Assembly: GCA_963920595.1 (NCBI GenBank)
Contig: OY986946.1
Location: 4,650,001 to 4,714,000, forward strand
Length of the DNA: 64,000 nt
Direction of reading: 5' to 3'
Source: Eimeria praecox
Taxonomy: Eukaryota
The notes under the pieces are model-generated. The model searched no databases and had not been told where the DNA came from. It saw only the letters and a list, made by a program, of their open reading frames with translations. This document shows positions 49,701 to 64,000 of this stretch, piece after piece. How positions within the stretch are numbered: position 1 is the stretch's first letter; every line of letters begins with the position of its first letter. Made by a program: the position numbers and the translations under genes.

Positions 49701-52700
49701 CCCATCCACTTGCTTCTTGACGCAGTTCCTCTGCAGTTGACCTCAGGCTCCACACACACTCGAGCACCGCATCTCATCCTGCACATCACCTCTCCACCCT
49801 CCACACAACACACCACCTACCCCAACCTAGCACCCGCTGCATGCTAAATGCTTCCCCTCCACAACCATAAAGCAAGTCAGAACACACATTGTCAATATAA
49901 CATCCAGCATCCGAAACTCCTCCATCGCCACACCCTACCTCCCCCACATCGCCAATCGCGCAAACAGATGTCTTGCCGCACACACATACCCACGCCGCTA
50001 AATGCCATCCAGCCACGCAAACATACCCAACTACCTGCCACTAAACATGCAACGCGTGCACAGCGATTACACCTGTCCGACATCCTTATTACCAGCATTC
50101 AACGCACTTCCTCCTATACACAACCACCGACTCAACAACTCCTCCGTCATAACAACGAGCTGCCCACTGCAACCGACCCTGCCTCCACGCTAGACTCCTG
50201 CGTCATGTTGCTCCAGCACACAGGCACAATGTCGCAGATTCAACGCACGGCCTTCTGGAGACAGCCATCACCCAAATATTTGGCGCCCCCAAATGCCAGA
50301 AACGTTCAATGAAACGCAACATGCCTCCCACCCAGACCTGTCAAACCATACACTGCAGCACATTCACACTGTCCTAACACCCTGCCCCATCCACTTGCTT
50401 CTTGACGCAGTTCCTCTGCAGTTGACCTCAGGTTCCACACACACTCGAACACCGCATCTCACCCTGCACATCACCTCTCCACCCTTCACACAACACACCA
50501 CCTACCCCAACCTAGCATCTGCTGCATGCGAAATGCTTCCCCTCCACAACCATAAAGCAAGTCAGAACACACATTGTCAATATAACATCCAGCATCCGAA
50601 GCTCCTCCATCATCATACCCTATCTCCCCCACATCGCCAATCGCGCAAACAGATGTCTTGCCGCACACACATACCCACGCCGCTAAATGCCATCCAGCAA
50701 CGCAAACATACCCAACTACCTGCCACTCAACATGCAACGCGTGCACAGCGATTAAGCCTGTCCGACATCCTTATTACCAGCATTCAACGCACTTCCTCCT
50801 ATACACAACCACCGACTCAACAACTCCTCCGTCATAACAACGAGCTGCCCACTGCAACCGACCCTGCCTCCACGCTAGACTCCTGCGTCATGTTGCTCCA
50901 GCACACAGGCACAATGTCGCAGATTCAACGCACGGCCTTCTGGAGACAGCCATCACCCAAATATTTGGCGCCCCCAAATGCCAGAAACGTTCAATGAAAC
51001 GCAACATGCCTCCCACCCAGACCTGTCAAACCATACACTGCAGCACATTCACACTGTCCTAACACCCTGCCCCATCCACTTGCTTCTTGACGCAGTTCCT
51101 CTGCAGTTGACCTCAGGTTCCACACACACTCGAACACCGCATCTCATCCTGCACATCACCTCTCCACCCTCCACACAACACACCACCTACCCCAACCTAG
51201 CACCCGCTGCATGCTAAATGCTTCCCCTCCACAACCATAAAGCAAGTCAGAACACACATTGTCAATATAACATCCAGCATCCGAAACTCCTCCATCGCCA
51301 CACCCTACCTCCCCCACATCGCCAATCGCGCAAACAGATGTCTTGCCGCACACACATACCCACGCCGCTAAATGCCATCCAGCCACGCAAACATACCCAA
51401 CTACCTGCCACTAAACATGCAACGCGTGCACAGCGATTAAGCCTGTCCGACATCCTTATTACCAGCATTCAACACCCTTCCTCCTATACACAGCGATCGA
51501 CTCAACAACTCCTCCGTCATAACAACGAGCTGTCCACTGCAACCGACCCTGCCTCAACGCTAGACTCCTGCATCATGTTGCTCCAGCACACAGGCACAAT
51601 GTCGCAGATTCAACGCACGGCCTTCTGGAGACAGCCATCACCCAAACATTGGCGCCCCCAAATGCCAGAAACGTTCAATGAAACGCAACATGCCTCCCAC
51701 CCAGACCTGTCAAACCATACACTGCAGCACATTCACACTGTCCTAGCACCCTGCCCCATCCACTTGCTTCTTGACGCAGTTCCTCTGCAGTTGACCTCAG
51801 GTTCCACACACACTCGAACACCGCATCTCACCCTGCACATCACCTCTCCACCCTTCACACAACACACCACCTACTCCAACCTAGCATCTGCTGCGTGCGA
51901 AATCCTTCCCCTCCACAACCATAAAGCAAGTCAGAACACACATTGTCAATATAACATCCAGCATCCGAAGCTCCTCCATCATCATACCCTATCCCCCCCA
52001 CATCGCCAATCGCGCAAACAGATGTCTTGCCGCACACACATACCCACGCCGCTAAATGCCATCCAGCCACGCAAACATACCCAACTACCTGCCACTAAAC
52101 ATGCAACGCGTGCACAGCGATTAAGCCTGTCCGACATCCTTATTACCAGCATTCAACGCACTTCCTCCTATACACAACCACCGACTCAACAACTCCTCCG
52201 TCATAACAACGAGCTGTCCACTGCAACCGACCCTGCCTCCACGCTAGACTCCTGCGCCATGCTGCTCCAGCACACAGGCACAATGTCGCAGATTCAACGC
52301 ACGGCCTTCTGGATACAGCCATCACCCAAATATTGGCGCCCCCAAATGCCAGAAACGTTCAATGAAACGCAACATGCCTCCCACCCAGACCTGTCAAACC
52401 ATACACTGCAGCACATTCACACTGTCCTAACACCCTGCCCCATCCACTTGCTTCTTGACGCAGTTCCTCTGCAGTTGACCTCAGGCTCCACACACACTCG
52501 AACACCGCATCTCATCCTGCACATCACCTCTCCACCCTTCACACAACACACCACCTACTCCAACCTAGCATCTGCTGCGTGCGAAATCCTTCCCCTCCAC
52601 AACCATAAAGCAAGTCAGAACACACATTGTCAATATAACATCCAGCATTCGAAGCTCCTCCATCGTCACACCCTATCTCCCCCACTTCGCCAATCGCGCA

Positions 52701-55700
52701 AACAGATGTCTTGCCGCACACACATACCCAGGCCGCTAAATGCCATCCAGCCACGCAAACATACCCAACTACCTGCCACTAAACATGCAACGCGTGCACA
52801 GCGATTAAGCCTGTCCGACATCCTTATTACCAGCATTCAACGCACTTCCTCCTATACACAACGATCGACTCAACAACTCCTCCGTCATAACAACGAGCTG
52901 CCCACTGCAACCGACCCTGCCTCCACGCTAGACTCCTGCGTCATGTCGCTCCAGCACACAGGCACAATGTCGCAGATTCAACGCACGGCCTTCTGGAGAC
53001 AGCCATCACCCAAATATTGGCGCCCCCAAATGCCAGAAACGTTCAATGAAACGCAACATGCCTCCCACCCAGACCTGTCAAACCATACACTGCAGCACAT
53101 TCACACTGTCCTAACACCCTGCCCCATCCACTTGCTTCTTGACGCAGTTCCTCTGCAGTTGACCTCAGGCTCCACACACACTCGAACACCGCATCTCACC
53201 CTGCACATCACCTCTCCACCCTTCACACAACACACCACCTACCCCAACCTAGCACCCGCTGCGACCGAAACGCTTCCCCTCCACAACCATAAAGCAAGTC
53301 AGAACACACATTGTCAATATAACATCCAGCATCCGAAGCTCCTCCATCGCCACACCCTACCTCCCCCACATCGCCAATCGCGCAAACAGATGTCTTGCCG
53401 CACACACATACCCACGCCGCTAAATGCCATCCAGCCACGCAAACATACCCAACTACCTGCCACTAAACATGCAACGCGTGCACAGCGATTAAGCCTGTCC
53501 GACATCCTTATTACCAGCATTCAACACCCTTCCTCCTATACACAACCACCGACTCAACAACTCCTCCGTGCTAAAAACGAGCTGTCCACTGCAACCGACC
53601 CTGCCTCCACGCTAGACTCCTGCATCATGTTGCTCCAGCACACAGGCACAATGTCGCAGATTCAACGCACGGCCTTCTGGAGACAGCCATCACCCAAACA
53701 TTGGCGCCCCCAAATGCCAGAAACGTTCAATGAAACGCAACATGCCTCCCACCCAGACCTGTCAAACCATACACTGCAGCACATTCACACTGTCCTAGCA
53801 CCCTGCTCCATCCACTTGCTTCTTGACGCAGTTCCTCTGCAGTTGACCTCAGGCTCCACACACACTCGAACACCGCATCTCACCCTGCACATCACCTCTC
53901 CACCCTCCACACAACACACCACCTACCCCAACCTAGCACCCGCTGCATGCTAAATGCTTCCCCTCCACAACCATAAAGCAAGTCAGAACACACATTGTCA
54001 ATATAACATCCAGCATCCGAAACTCCTCCATCGCCACACCCTACCTCCCCCACATCGCCAATCGCGCAAACAGATGTCTTGCCGCACACACATACCCACG
54101 CCGCTAAATGCCATCCAGCCACGCAAACATACCCAACTACCTGCCACTAAACATGCAACGCGTGCACAGCGATTAAGCCTGTCCGACATCCTTATTACCA
54201 GCATTCAACACCCTTCCTCCTATACACAGCGATCGACTCAACAACTCCTCCGTCATAACAACGAGCTGTCCACTGCAACCGACCCTGCCTCAACGCTAGA
54301 CTCCTGCATCATGTTGCTCCAGCACACAGGCACAATGTCGCAGATTCAACGCACGGCCTTCTGGAGACAGCCATCACCCAAACATTGGCGCCCCCAAATG
54401 CCAGAAACGTTCAATGAAACGCAACATGCCTCCCACCCAGACCTGTCAAACCATACACTGCAGCACATTCACACTGTCCTAGCACCCTGCCCCATCCACT
54501 TGCTTCTTGACGCAGTTCCTCTGCAGTTGACCTCAGGTTCCACACACACTCGAACACCGCATCTCACCCTGCACATCACCTCTCCACCCTTCACACAACA
54601 CACCACCTACTCCAACCTAGCATCTGCTGCGTGCGAAATCCTTCCCCTCCACAACCATAAAGCAAGTCAGAACACACATTGTCAATATAACATCCAGCAT
54701 CCGAAGCTCCTCCATCATCATACCCTATCCCCCCCACATCGCCAATCGCGCAAACAGATGTCTTGCCGCACACACATACCCACGCCGCTAAATGCCATCC
54801 AGCCACGCAAACATACCCAACTACCTGCCACTAAACATGCAACGCGTGCACAGCGATTAAGCCTGTCCGACATCCTTATTACCAGCATTCAACGCACTTC
54901 CTCCTATACACAACCACCGACTCAACAACTCCTCCGTCATAACAACGAGCTGTCCACTGCAACCGACCCTGCCTCCACGCTAGACTCCTGCGCCATGCTG
55001 CTCCAGCACACAGGCACAATGTCGCAGATTCAACGCACGGCCTTCTGGATACAGCCATCACCCAAATATTGGCGCCCCCAAATGCCAGAAACGTTCAATG
55101 AAACGCAACATGCCTCCCACCCAGACCTGTCAAACCATACACTGCAGCACATTCACACTGTCCTAACACCCTGCCCCATCCACTTGCTTCTTGACGCAGT
55201 TCCTCTGCAGTTGACCTCAGGCTCCACACACACTCGAACACCGCATCTCATCCTGCACATCACCTCTCCACCCTTCACACAACACACCACCTACTCCAAC
55301 CTAGCATCTGCTGCGTGCGAAATCCTTCCCCTCCACAACCATAAAGCAAGTCAGAACACACATTGTCAATATAACATCCAGCATTCGAAGCTCCTCCATC
55401 GTCACACCCTATCTCCCCCACTTCGCCAATCGCGCAAACAGATGTCTTGCCGCACACACATACCCAGGCCGCTAAATGCCATCCAGCCACGCAAACATAC
55501 CCAACTACCTGCCACTAAACATGCAACGCGTGCACAGCGATTAAGCCTGTCCGACATCCTTATTACCAGCATTCAACGCACTTCCTCCTATACACAACGA
55601 TCGACTCAACAACTCCTCCGTCATAACAACGAGCTGCCCACTGCAACCGACCCTGCCTCCACGCTAGACTCCTGCGTCATGTCGCTCCAGCACACAGGCA

Positions 55701-58700
55701 CAATGTCGCAGATTCAACGCACGGCCTTCTGGAGACAGCCATCACCCAAATATTGGCGCCCCCAAATGCCAGAAACGTTCAATGAAACGCAACATGCCTC
55801 CCACCCAGACCTGTCAAACCATACACTGCAGCACATTCACACTGTCCTAACACCCTGCCCCATCCACTTGCTTCTTGACGCAGTTCCTCTGCAGTTGACC
55901 TCAGGCTCCACACACACTCGAACACCGCATCTCACCCTGCACATCACCTCTCCACCCTTCACACAACACACCACCTACCCCAACCTAGCACCCGCTGCGA
56001 CCGAAACGCTTCCCCTCCACAACCATAAAGCAAGTCAGAACACACATTGTCAATATAACATCCAGCATCCGAAGCTCCTCCATCGCCACACCCTACCTCC
56101 CCCACATCGCCAATCGCGCAAACAGATGTCTTGCCGCACACACATACCCACGCCGCTAAATGCCATCCAGCCACGCAAACATACCCAACTACCTGCCACT
56201 AAACATGCAACGCGTGCACAGCGATTAAGCCTGTCCGACATCCTTATTACCAGCATTCAACACCCTTCCTCCTATACACAACCACCGACTCAACAACTCC
56301 TCCGTGCTAAAAACGAGCTGTCCACTGCAACCGACCCTGCCTCCACGCTAGACTCCTGCATCATGTTGCTCCAGCACACAGGCACAATGTCGCAGATTCA
56401 ACGCACGGCCTTCTGGAGACAGCCATCACCCAAACATTGGCGCCCCCAAATGCCAGAAACGTTCAATGAAACGCAACATGCCTCCCACCCAGACCTGTCA
56501 AACCATACACTGCAGCACATTCACACTGTCCTAGCACCCTGCTCCATCCACTTGCTTCTTGACGCAGTTCCTCTGCAGTTGACCTCAGGCTCCACACACA
56601 CTCGAACACCGCATCTCACCCTGCACATCACCTCTCCACCCTTCACACAACACACCACCTACTCCAACCTAGCATCTGCTGCGTGCGAAATCCTTCCCCT
56701 CCACAACCATAAAGCAAGTCAGAACACACATTGTCAATATAACATCCAGCATCCGAAGCTCCTCCATCGCCACACCCTATCTCCCCCACATCGCCAATCG
56801 CGCAAACAGATGTCTTGCCGCACACACATACCCACGCCGCTAAATGCCATCCAGCCACGCCGACATACCCAACTACCTGCCACTAAACATGCAACGCGTG
56901 CAAAGCGATTACGCCTGTCCGACATCCTTATTACCAGCATTCAACGCACTTCCTCCTATACGCAACCACCGACTCAACAACTCCTCCGTCATAACAACGA
57001 GCTGTCCACTGCAACCGACCCTGCCTCCACGCTAGACTCCTGCGTCATGCTGCTCCAGCACACAGGCACAATGTCGCAGATTCAACGCACGGCCTTCTGG
57101 AGACAGCCATCACCCAAATATTTGGCGCCCCCAAATGCCAGAAACGTTCAATGAAACGCCACATGCCTCCCACCCAGACCTGTCAAACCATACACTGCAG
57201 CACATTCACACTGTCCTAACACCCTGCCCCATCCACTTGGCTCTTGACGCAGTTCCTCTGCAGTTGACCTCAGGCTCCACACACACTCGAACACCGCATC
57301 TCATCCTGCACATCACCTCTCCACCCTTCACACAACACACCACCTACCCCAACCTAGCACCCGCTGCGACCGAAACGCTTCCCCTCCACAACCATAAAGC
57401 AAGTCAGAACACACATTGTCAATATAACATCCAGCATCCGAAGCCCCTCCATCGCCACACCCTACCTCCCCCACATCGCCAATCGCGCAAACAGATGTCT
57501 TGCCGCACACACATACCCACGCCGCTAAATGCCATCCAGCCACGCAAACATACCCAACTACCTGCCACTAAACATGCAACGCGTGCACAGCGATTAAGCC
57601 TGTCCGACATCCTTATTACCAGCATTCAACACCCTTCCTCCTATACACAACCACCGACTCAACAACTCCTCCGTGCTAAAAACGAGCTGTCCACTGCAAC
57701 CGACCCTGCCTCCACGCTAGACTCCTGCATCATGTTGCTCCAGCACACAGGCACAATGTCGCAGATTCAACGCACGGCCTTCTGAAGACAGCCATCACCC
57801 AAACATTGGCGCCCCCAAATGCCAGAAACGTTCAATGAAACGCAACATGCCTCCCACCCAGACCTGTCAAACCATACACTGCAGCACATTCACACTGTCC
57901 TAACACCCTGCCCCATCCACTTGCTTCTTGACGCAGTTCCTCTGCAGTTGACCTCAGGCTCCACACACACTCGAGCACCGCATCTCATCCTGCACATCAC
58001 CTCTCCACCCTCCACACAACACACCACCTACCCCAACCTAGCACCCGCTGCATGCTAAATGCTTCCCCTCCACAACCATAAAGCAAGTCAGAACACACAT
58101 TGTCAATATAACATCCAGCATCCGAAACTCCTCCATCGCCACACCCTACCTCCCCCACATCGCCAATCGCGCAAACAGATGTCTTGCCGCACACACATAC
58201 CCACGCCGCTAAATGCCATCCAGCCACGCAAACATACCCAACTACCTGCCACTAAACATGCAACGCGTGCACAGCGATTACACCTGTCCGACATCCTTAT
58301 TACCAGCATTCAACGCACTTCCTCCTATACACAACCACCGACTCAACAACTCCTCCGTCATAACAACGAGCTGCCCACTGCAACCGACCCTGCCTCCACG
58401 CTAGACTCCTGCGTCATGTTGCTCCAGCACACAGGCACAATGTCGCAGATTCAACGCACGGCCTTCTGGAGACAGCCATCACCCAAATATTTGGCGCCCC
58501 CAAATGCCAGAAACGTTCAATGAAACGCAACATGCCTCCCACCCAGACCTGTCAAACCATACACTGCAGCACATTCACACTGTCCTAACACCCTGCCCCA
58601 TCCACTTGCTTCTTGACGCAGTTCCTCTGCAGTTGACCTCAGGTTCCACACACACTCGAACACCGCATCTCACCCTGCACATCACCTCTCCACCCTTCAC

Positions 58701-61700
58701 ACAACACACCACCTACCCCAACCTAGCATCTGCTCCATGCGAAATGCTTCCCCTCCACAACCATAAAGCAAGTCAGAACACACATTGTCAATATAACATC
58801 CAGCATCCGAAGCTCCTCCATCATCATACCCTATCTCCCCCACATCGCCAATCGCGCAAACAGATGTCTTGCCGCACACACATACCCACGCCGCTAAATG
58901 CCATCCAGCCACGCAAACATACCCAACTACCTGCCACTCAACATGCAACGCGTGCACAGCGATTAAGCCTGTCCGACATCCTTATTACCAGCATTCAACG
59001 CACTTCCTCCTATACACAACCACCGACTCAACAACTCCTCCGTCATAACAACGAGCTGCCCACTGCAACTGACCCTGCCTCCACGCTAGACTCCTGCGTC
59101 ATGTCGCTCCAGCACACAGGCACAATGTCGCAGATTCAACGCACGGCCTTCTGGAGACAGCCATCACCCAAATATTTGGCGCCCCCAAATGCCAGAAACG
59201 TTCAATGAAACGCAACATGCCTCCCACCCAGACCTGTCAAACCATACACTGCAGCACATTCACACTGTCCTAACACCCTGCCCCATCCACTTGCTTCTTG
59301 ACGCAGTTCCTCTGCAGTTGACCTCAGGTTCCACACACACTCGAACACCGCATCTCATCCTGCACATCACCTCTCCACCCTCCACACAACACACCACCTA
59401 CCCCAACCTAGCACCCGCTGCATGCTAAATGCTTCCCCTCCACAACCATAAAGCAAGTCAGAACACACATTGTCAATATAACATCCAGCATCCGAAACTC
59501 CTCCATCGCCACACCCTACCTCCCCCACATCGCCAATCGCGCAAACAGATGTCTTGCCGCACACACATACCCACGCCGCTAAATGCCATCCAGCCACGCA
59601 AACATACCCAACTACCTGCCACTAAACATGCAACGCGTGCACAGCGATTAAGCCTGTCCGACATCCTTATTACCAGCATTCAACACCCTTCCTCCTATAC
59701 ACAGCGATCGACTCAACAACTCCTCCGTCATAACAACGAGCTGTCCACTGCAACCGACCCTGCCTCCACGCTAGACTCCTGCATCATGTTGCTCCAGCAC
59801 ACAGGCACAATGTCGCAGATTCAACGCACGGCCTTCTGGAGACAGCCATCACCCAAACATTGGCGCCCCCAAATGCCAGAAACGTTCAATGAAACGCAAC
59901 ATGCCTCCCACCCAGACCTGTCAAACCATACACTGCAGCACATTCACACTGTCCTAGCACCCTGCCCCATCCACTTGCTTCTTGACGCAGTTCCTCTGCA
60001 GTTGACCTCAGGCTCCACACACACTCGAACACCGCATCTCACCCTGCACATCACCTCTCCACCCTTCACACAACACACCACCTACCCCAACCTAGCATCT
60101 GCTGCGTGCGAAATGCTTCCCCTCCACAACCATAAAGCAAGTCAGAACACACATTGTCAATATAACATCCAGCATCCGAAGCTCCTCCATCATCATACCC
60201 TATCCCCCCCACATCGCCAATCGCGCAAACAGATGTCTTGCCGCACACACATACCCACGCCGCTAAATGCCATCCAGCCACGCAAACACACCCAACTACC
60301 TGCCACTAAACATGCAACGCATGCACAGCGATTAAGCCTGTCCGACATCCTTATTACCAGCATTCAACGCACTTCCTCCTATACACAACCACCGACTCAA
60401 CAACTCCTCCGTCATAACAACGAGCTGTCCACTGCAACCGACCCTGCCTCCACGCTAGACTCCTGCGCCATGCTGCTCCAGCACACAGGCACAATGTCGC
60501 AGATTCAACGCACGGCCTTCTGGAGACAGCCATCACCCAAATATTGGCGCCCCCAAATGCCAGAAACGTTCAATGAAACGCAACATGCCTCCCACCCAGA
60601 CCTGTCAAACCATACACTGCAGCACATTCACACTGTCCTAACACCCTGCCCCATCCACTTGGCTCTTGACGCAGTTCCTCTGCAGTTGACCTCAGGCTCC
60701 ACACACACTCGAACACCGCATCTCATCCTGCACATCACCTCTCCACCCTTCACACAACACACCACCTACCCCAACCTAGCATCTGCTGCGTGCGAAATCC
60801 TTCCCCTCCACAACCATAAAGCAAGTCAGAACACACATTGTCAATATAACATCCAGCATTCGAAGCTCCTCCATCGTCACACCCTACCTCCCCCACTTCG
60901 CCAATCGCGCAAACAGATGTCTTGCCGCACACACATACCCACGCCGCTAAATGCCATCCAGCCACGCAAACACACCCAACTACCTGCCACTAAACATGCA
61001 ACGCATGCACAGCGATTAAGCCTGTCCGACATCCTTATTACCAGCATTCAACGCACTTCCTCCTATACACAACCACCGACTCAACAACTCCTCCGTCATA
61101 ACAACGAGCTGTCCACTGCAACCGACCCTGCCTCCACGCTAGACTCCTGCGCCATGCTGCTCCAGCACACAGGCACAATGTCGCAGATTCAACGCACGGC
61201 CTTCTGGAGACAGCCATCACCCAAATATTGGCGCCCCCAAATGCCAGAAACGTTCAATGAAACGCCACATGCCTCCCACCCAGACCTGTCAAACCATACA
61301 CTGCAGCACATTCACACTGTCCTAACACCCTGCCCCATCCACTTGGCTCTTGACGCAGTTCCTCTGCAGTTGACCTCAGGCTCCACACACACTCGAACAC
61401 CGCATCTCATCCTGCACATCACCTCTCCACCCTTCACACAACACACCACCTACCCCAACCTAGCATCTGCTGCGTGCGAAATCCTTCCCCTCCACAACCA
61501 TAAAGCAAGTCAGAACACACATTGTCAATATAACATCCAGCATTCGAAGCTCCTCCATCGTCACACCCTACCTCCCCCACTTCGCCAATCGCGCAAACAG
61601 ATGTCTTGCCGCACACACATACCCACGCCGCTAAATGCCATCCAGCCACGCAAACATACCCAACTACCTGCCACTAAACATGCAACGCGTGCACAGCGAT

Positions 61701-64000
61701 TAAGCCTGTCCGACATCCTTATTACCAGCATTCAACGCACTTCCTCCTATACACAACGATCGACTCAACAACTCCTCCGTCATAACAACGAGCTGCCCAC
61801 TGCAACCGACCCTGCCTCCACGCTAGACTCCTGCGTCATGTCGCTCCAGCACACAGGCACAATGTCGCAGATTCAACGCACGGCCTTCTGGAGACAGCCA
61901 TCACCCAAATATTGGCGCCCCCAAATGCCAGAAACGTTCAATGAAACGCAACATGCCTCCCACCCAGACCTGTCAAACCATACACTGCAGCACATTCACA
62001 CTGTCCTAACACCCTGCCCCAACCACTTGCTTCTTGACGCAGTTCCTCTGCAGTTGACCTCAGGCTCCACACACACTCGAACACCGCATCTCACCCTGCA
62101 CATCACCTCTCCACCCTTCACACAACACACCACCTACCCCAACCTAGCACCCGCTGCGACCGAAACGCTTCCCCTCCACAACCATAAAGCAAGTCAGAAC
62201 ACACATTGTCAATATAACATCCAGCATCCGAAGCTCCTCCATCGCCACACCCTACCTCCCCCACATCGCCAATCGCGCAAACAGATGTCTTGCCGCACAC
62301 ACATACCCACGCCGCTAAATGCCATCCAGCCACGCAAACATACCCAACTACCTGCCACTAAACATGCAACGCATGCACAGCGATTAAGCCTGTCCGACAT
62401 CCTTATTACCAGCATTCAACACCCTTTCTCCTATACACAACCACCGACTCAACAACTCCTCCGTGCTAAAAACGAGCTGTCCACTGCAACCGACCCTGCC
62501 TCCACGCTAGACTCCTGCATCATGTTGCTCCAGCACACAGGCACAATGTCGCAGATTCAACGCACGGCCTTCTGAAGACAGCCATTACCCAAACATTGGC
62601 GCCCCCAAATGCCAGAAACGTTCAATGAAACGCAACATGCCTCCCACCCAGACCTGTCAAACCATACACTGCAGCACATTCACACTGTCCTAGCACCCTG
62701 CTCCATCCACTTGCTTCTTGACGCAGTTCCTCTGCAGTTGACCTCAGGCTCCACACACACTCGAACACCGCATCTCACCCTGCACATCACCTCTCCACCC
62801 TTCACACAACACACCACCTACTCCAACCTAGCATCTGCTGCGTGCGAAATCCTTCCCCTCCACAACCATAAAGCAAGTCAGAACACACATTGTCAATATA
62901 ACATCCAGCATTCGAAGCTCCTCCATCGTCACACCCTATCTCCCCCACATCGCCAATCGCGCAAACAGATGTCTTGCCGCACACACATACCCACGCCGCT
63001 AAATGCCATCCAGCAACGCAAACATACCCAACTACCTGCCACTAAACATGCAACGCGTGCACAGCGATTAAGCCTGTCCGACATCCTTATTACCAGCATT
63101 CAACACCCTTCCTCCTATACACAACCACCGACTCAACAACTCCTCCGTCATAACAACGAGCTGTCCACTGCAACCGACCCTGCCTCCACGCTAGACTCCT
63201 GCATCATGTTGCTCCAGCACACAGGCACAATGTCGCAGATTCAACGCACGGCCTTCTGAAGACAGCCATCACCCAAACATTGGCGCCCCCAAATGCCAGA
63301 AACGTTCAATGAAACGCAACATGCCTCCCACCCAGACCTGTCAAACCATACACTGCAGCACATTCACACTGTCCTAGCACCCTGCTCCATCCACTTGCTT
63401 CTTGACGCAGTTCCTCTGCAGTTGACCTCAGGCTCCACACACACTCGAACACCGCATCTCACCCTGCACATCACCTCTCCACCCTTCACACAACACACCA
63501 CCTACTCCAACCTAGCATCTGCTGCGTGCGAAATCCTTCCCCTCCACAACCATAAAGCAAGTCAGAACACACATTGTCAATATAACATCCAGCATTCGAA
63601 GCTCCTCCATCGTCACACCCTACCTCCCCCACATCGCCAATCGCGCAAACAGATGTCTTGCCGCACACACATACCCACGCCGCTAAATGCCATCCAGCCA
63701 CGCAAACATACCCAACTACCTGCCACTCAACATGCAACGCGTGCACAGCGATTAAGCCTGTCCGACATCCTTATTACCAGCATTCAACGCACTTCCTCCT
63801 ATACACAACCACCGACTCAACAACTCCTCCGTCATAACAACGAGCTGTCCACTGCAACCGACCCTGCCTCCACGCTAGACTCCTGCGCCATGCTGCTCCA
63901 GCACACAGGCACAATGTCGCAGATTCAACGCACGGCCTTCTGGAGACAGCCATCACCCAAATATTTGGCGCCCCCAAATGCCAGAAACGTTCAATGAAAC
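40781..64000. repeat. Tandem satellite array, 683-685-bp monomer, 33 full units plus partials, continues beyond the window
   Basis: Anchor atgccagaaacgt recurs at 41396, 42079, 42763, 43447, 44132, 44816, 45501 ... 62609, 63293, 63978. Units are highly similar; the + strand is strongly C/A-rich. Confidence 0.99.

Noticed and set aside
40889..63977. Short minus-strand ORFs repeated in the satellite (MAGWHLAAW..., MLVIRMSDR...)
   Set aside because: By-products of the repeat; short, no domain, no splice-consistent model.
40781..64000. 5S rRNA or other RNA-gene tandem array (unit size is similar to known coccidian 5S repeats)
   Set aside because: I could not find 5S internal control boxes, tRNA or snRNA motifs, or a Pol III T-run terminator on either strand of the monomer. 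An Rfam scan would settle it.
40781..64000. CRISPR-like repeat-spacer array
   Set aside because: Whole monomers repeat with no unique spacers, there are no cas genes, and the context is eukaryotic.

Overview
Eukaryotic, intron-rich genomic DNA, most likely from an Eimeria-like coccidian (Apicomplexa). This is inferred from the dense CAG/CTG tracts, TGCATGCA motifs, interstitial AAACCCT repeats and an apicomplexan-type dynamin. The window has four zones. (1) 1-10.2 kb: a simple-repeat-rich segment with minus-strand multi-exon genes, one encoding a RanBP2-type zinc finger. (2) 10.9-24.2 kb: a decayed Ty3/Gypsy element ('family A') followed by an ~18-exon dynamin-related gene (DrpB-like) with at least two GC-AG introns. 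(3) 25-36 kb: nested LTR retrotransposons. A structurally complete but coding-degenerate 7.4-kb chromodomain-bearing Ty3/Gypsy element (LTRs 27375-27784 and 34365-34770, TSD CCATC, tRNA-Pro-like PBS, PPT) sits inside an older family-A copy. (4) ~40-64 kb: a >23-kb tandem satellite of 683-685-bp monomers with higher-order periodicities (1369, 2736, 8211 bp) and a diverged edge, running off the window. The gene-poor retroelement-plus-satellite block is a candidate (peri)centromere. The most unusual detail is a second tRNA-Pro-complementary box inside the chromovirus LTR, suggesting an extended or bipartite primer-binding system. All coordinates and identities were read by eye; no searches were run.
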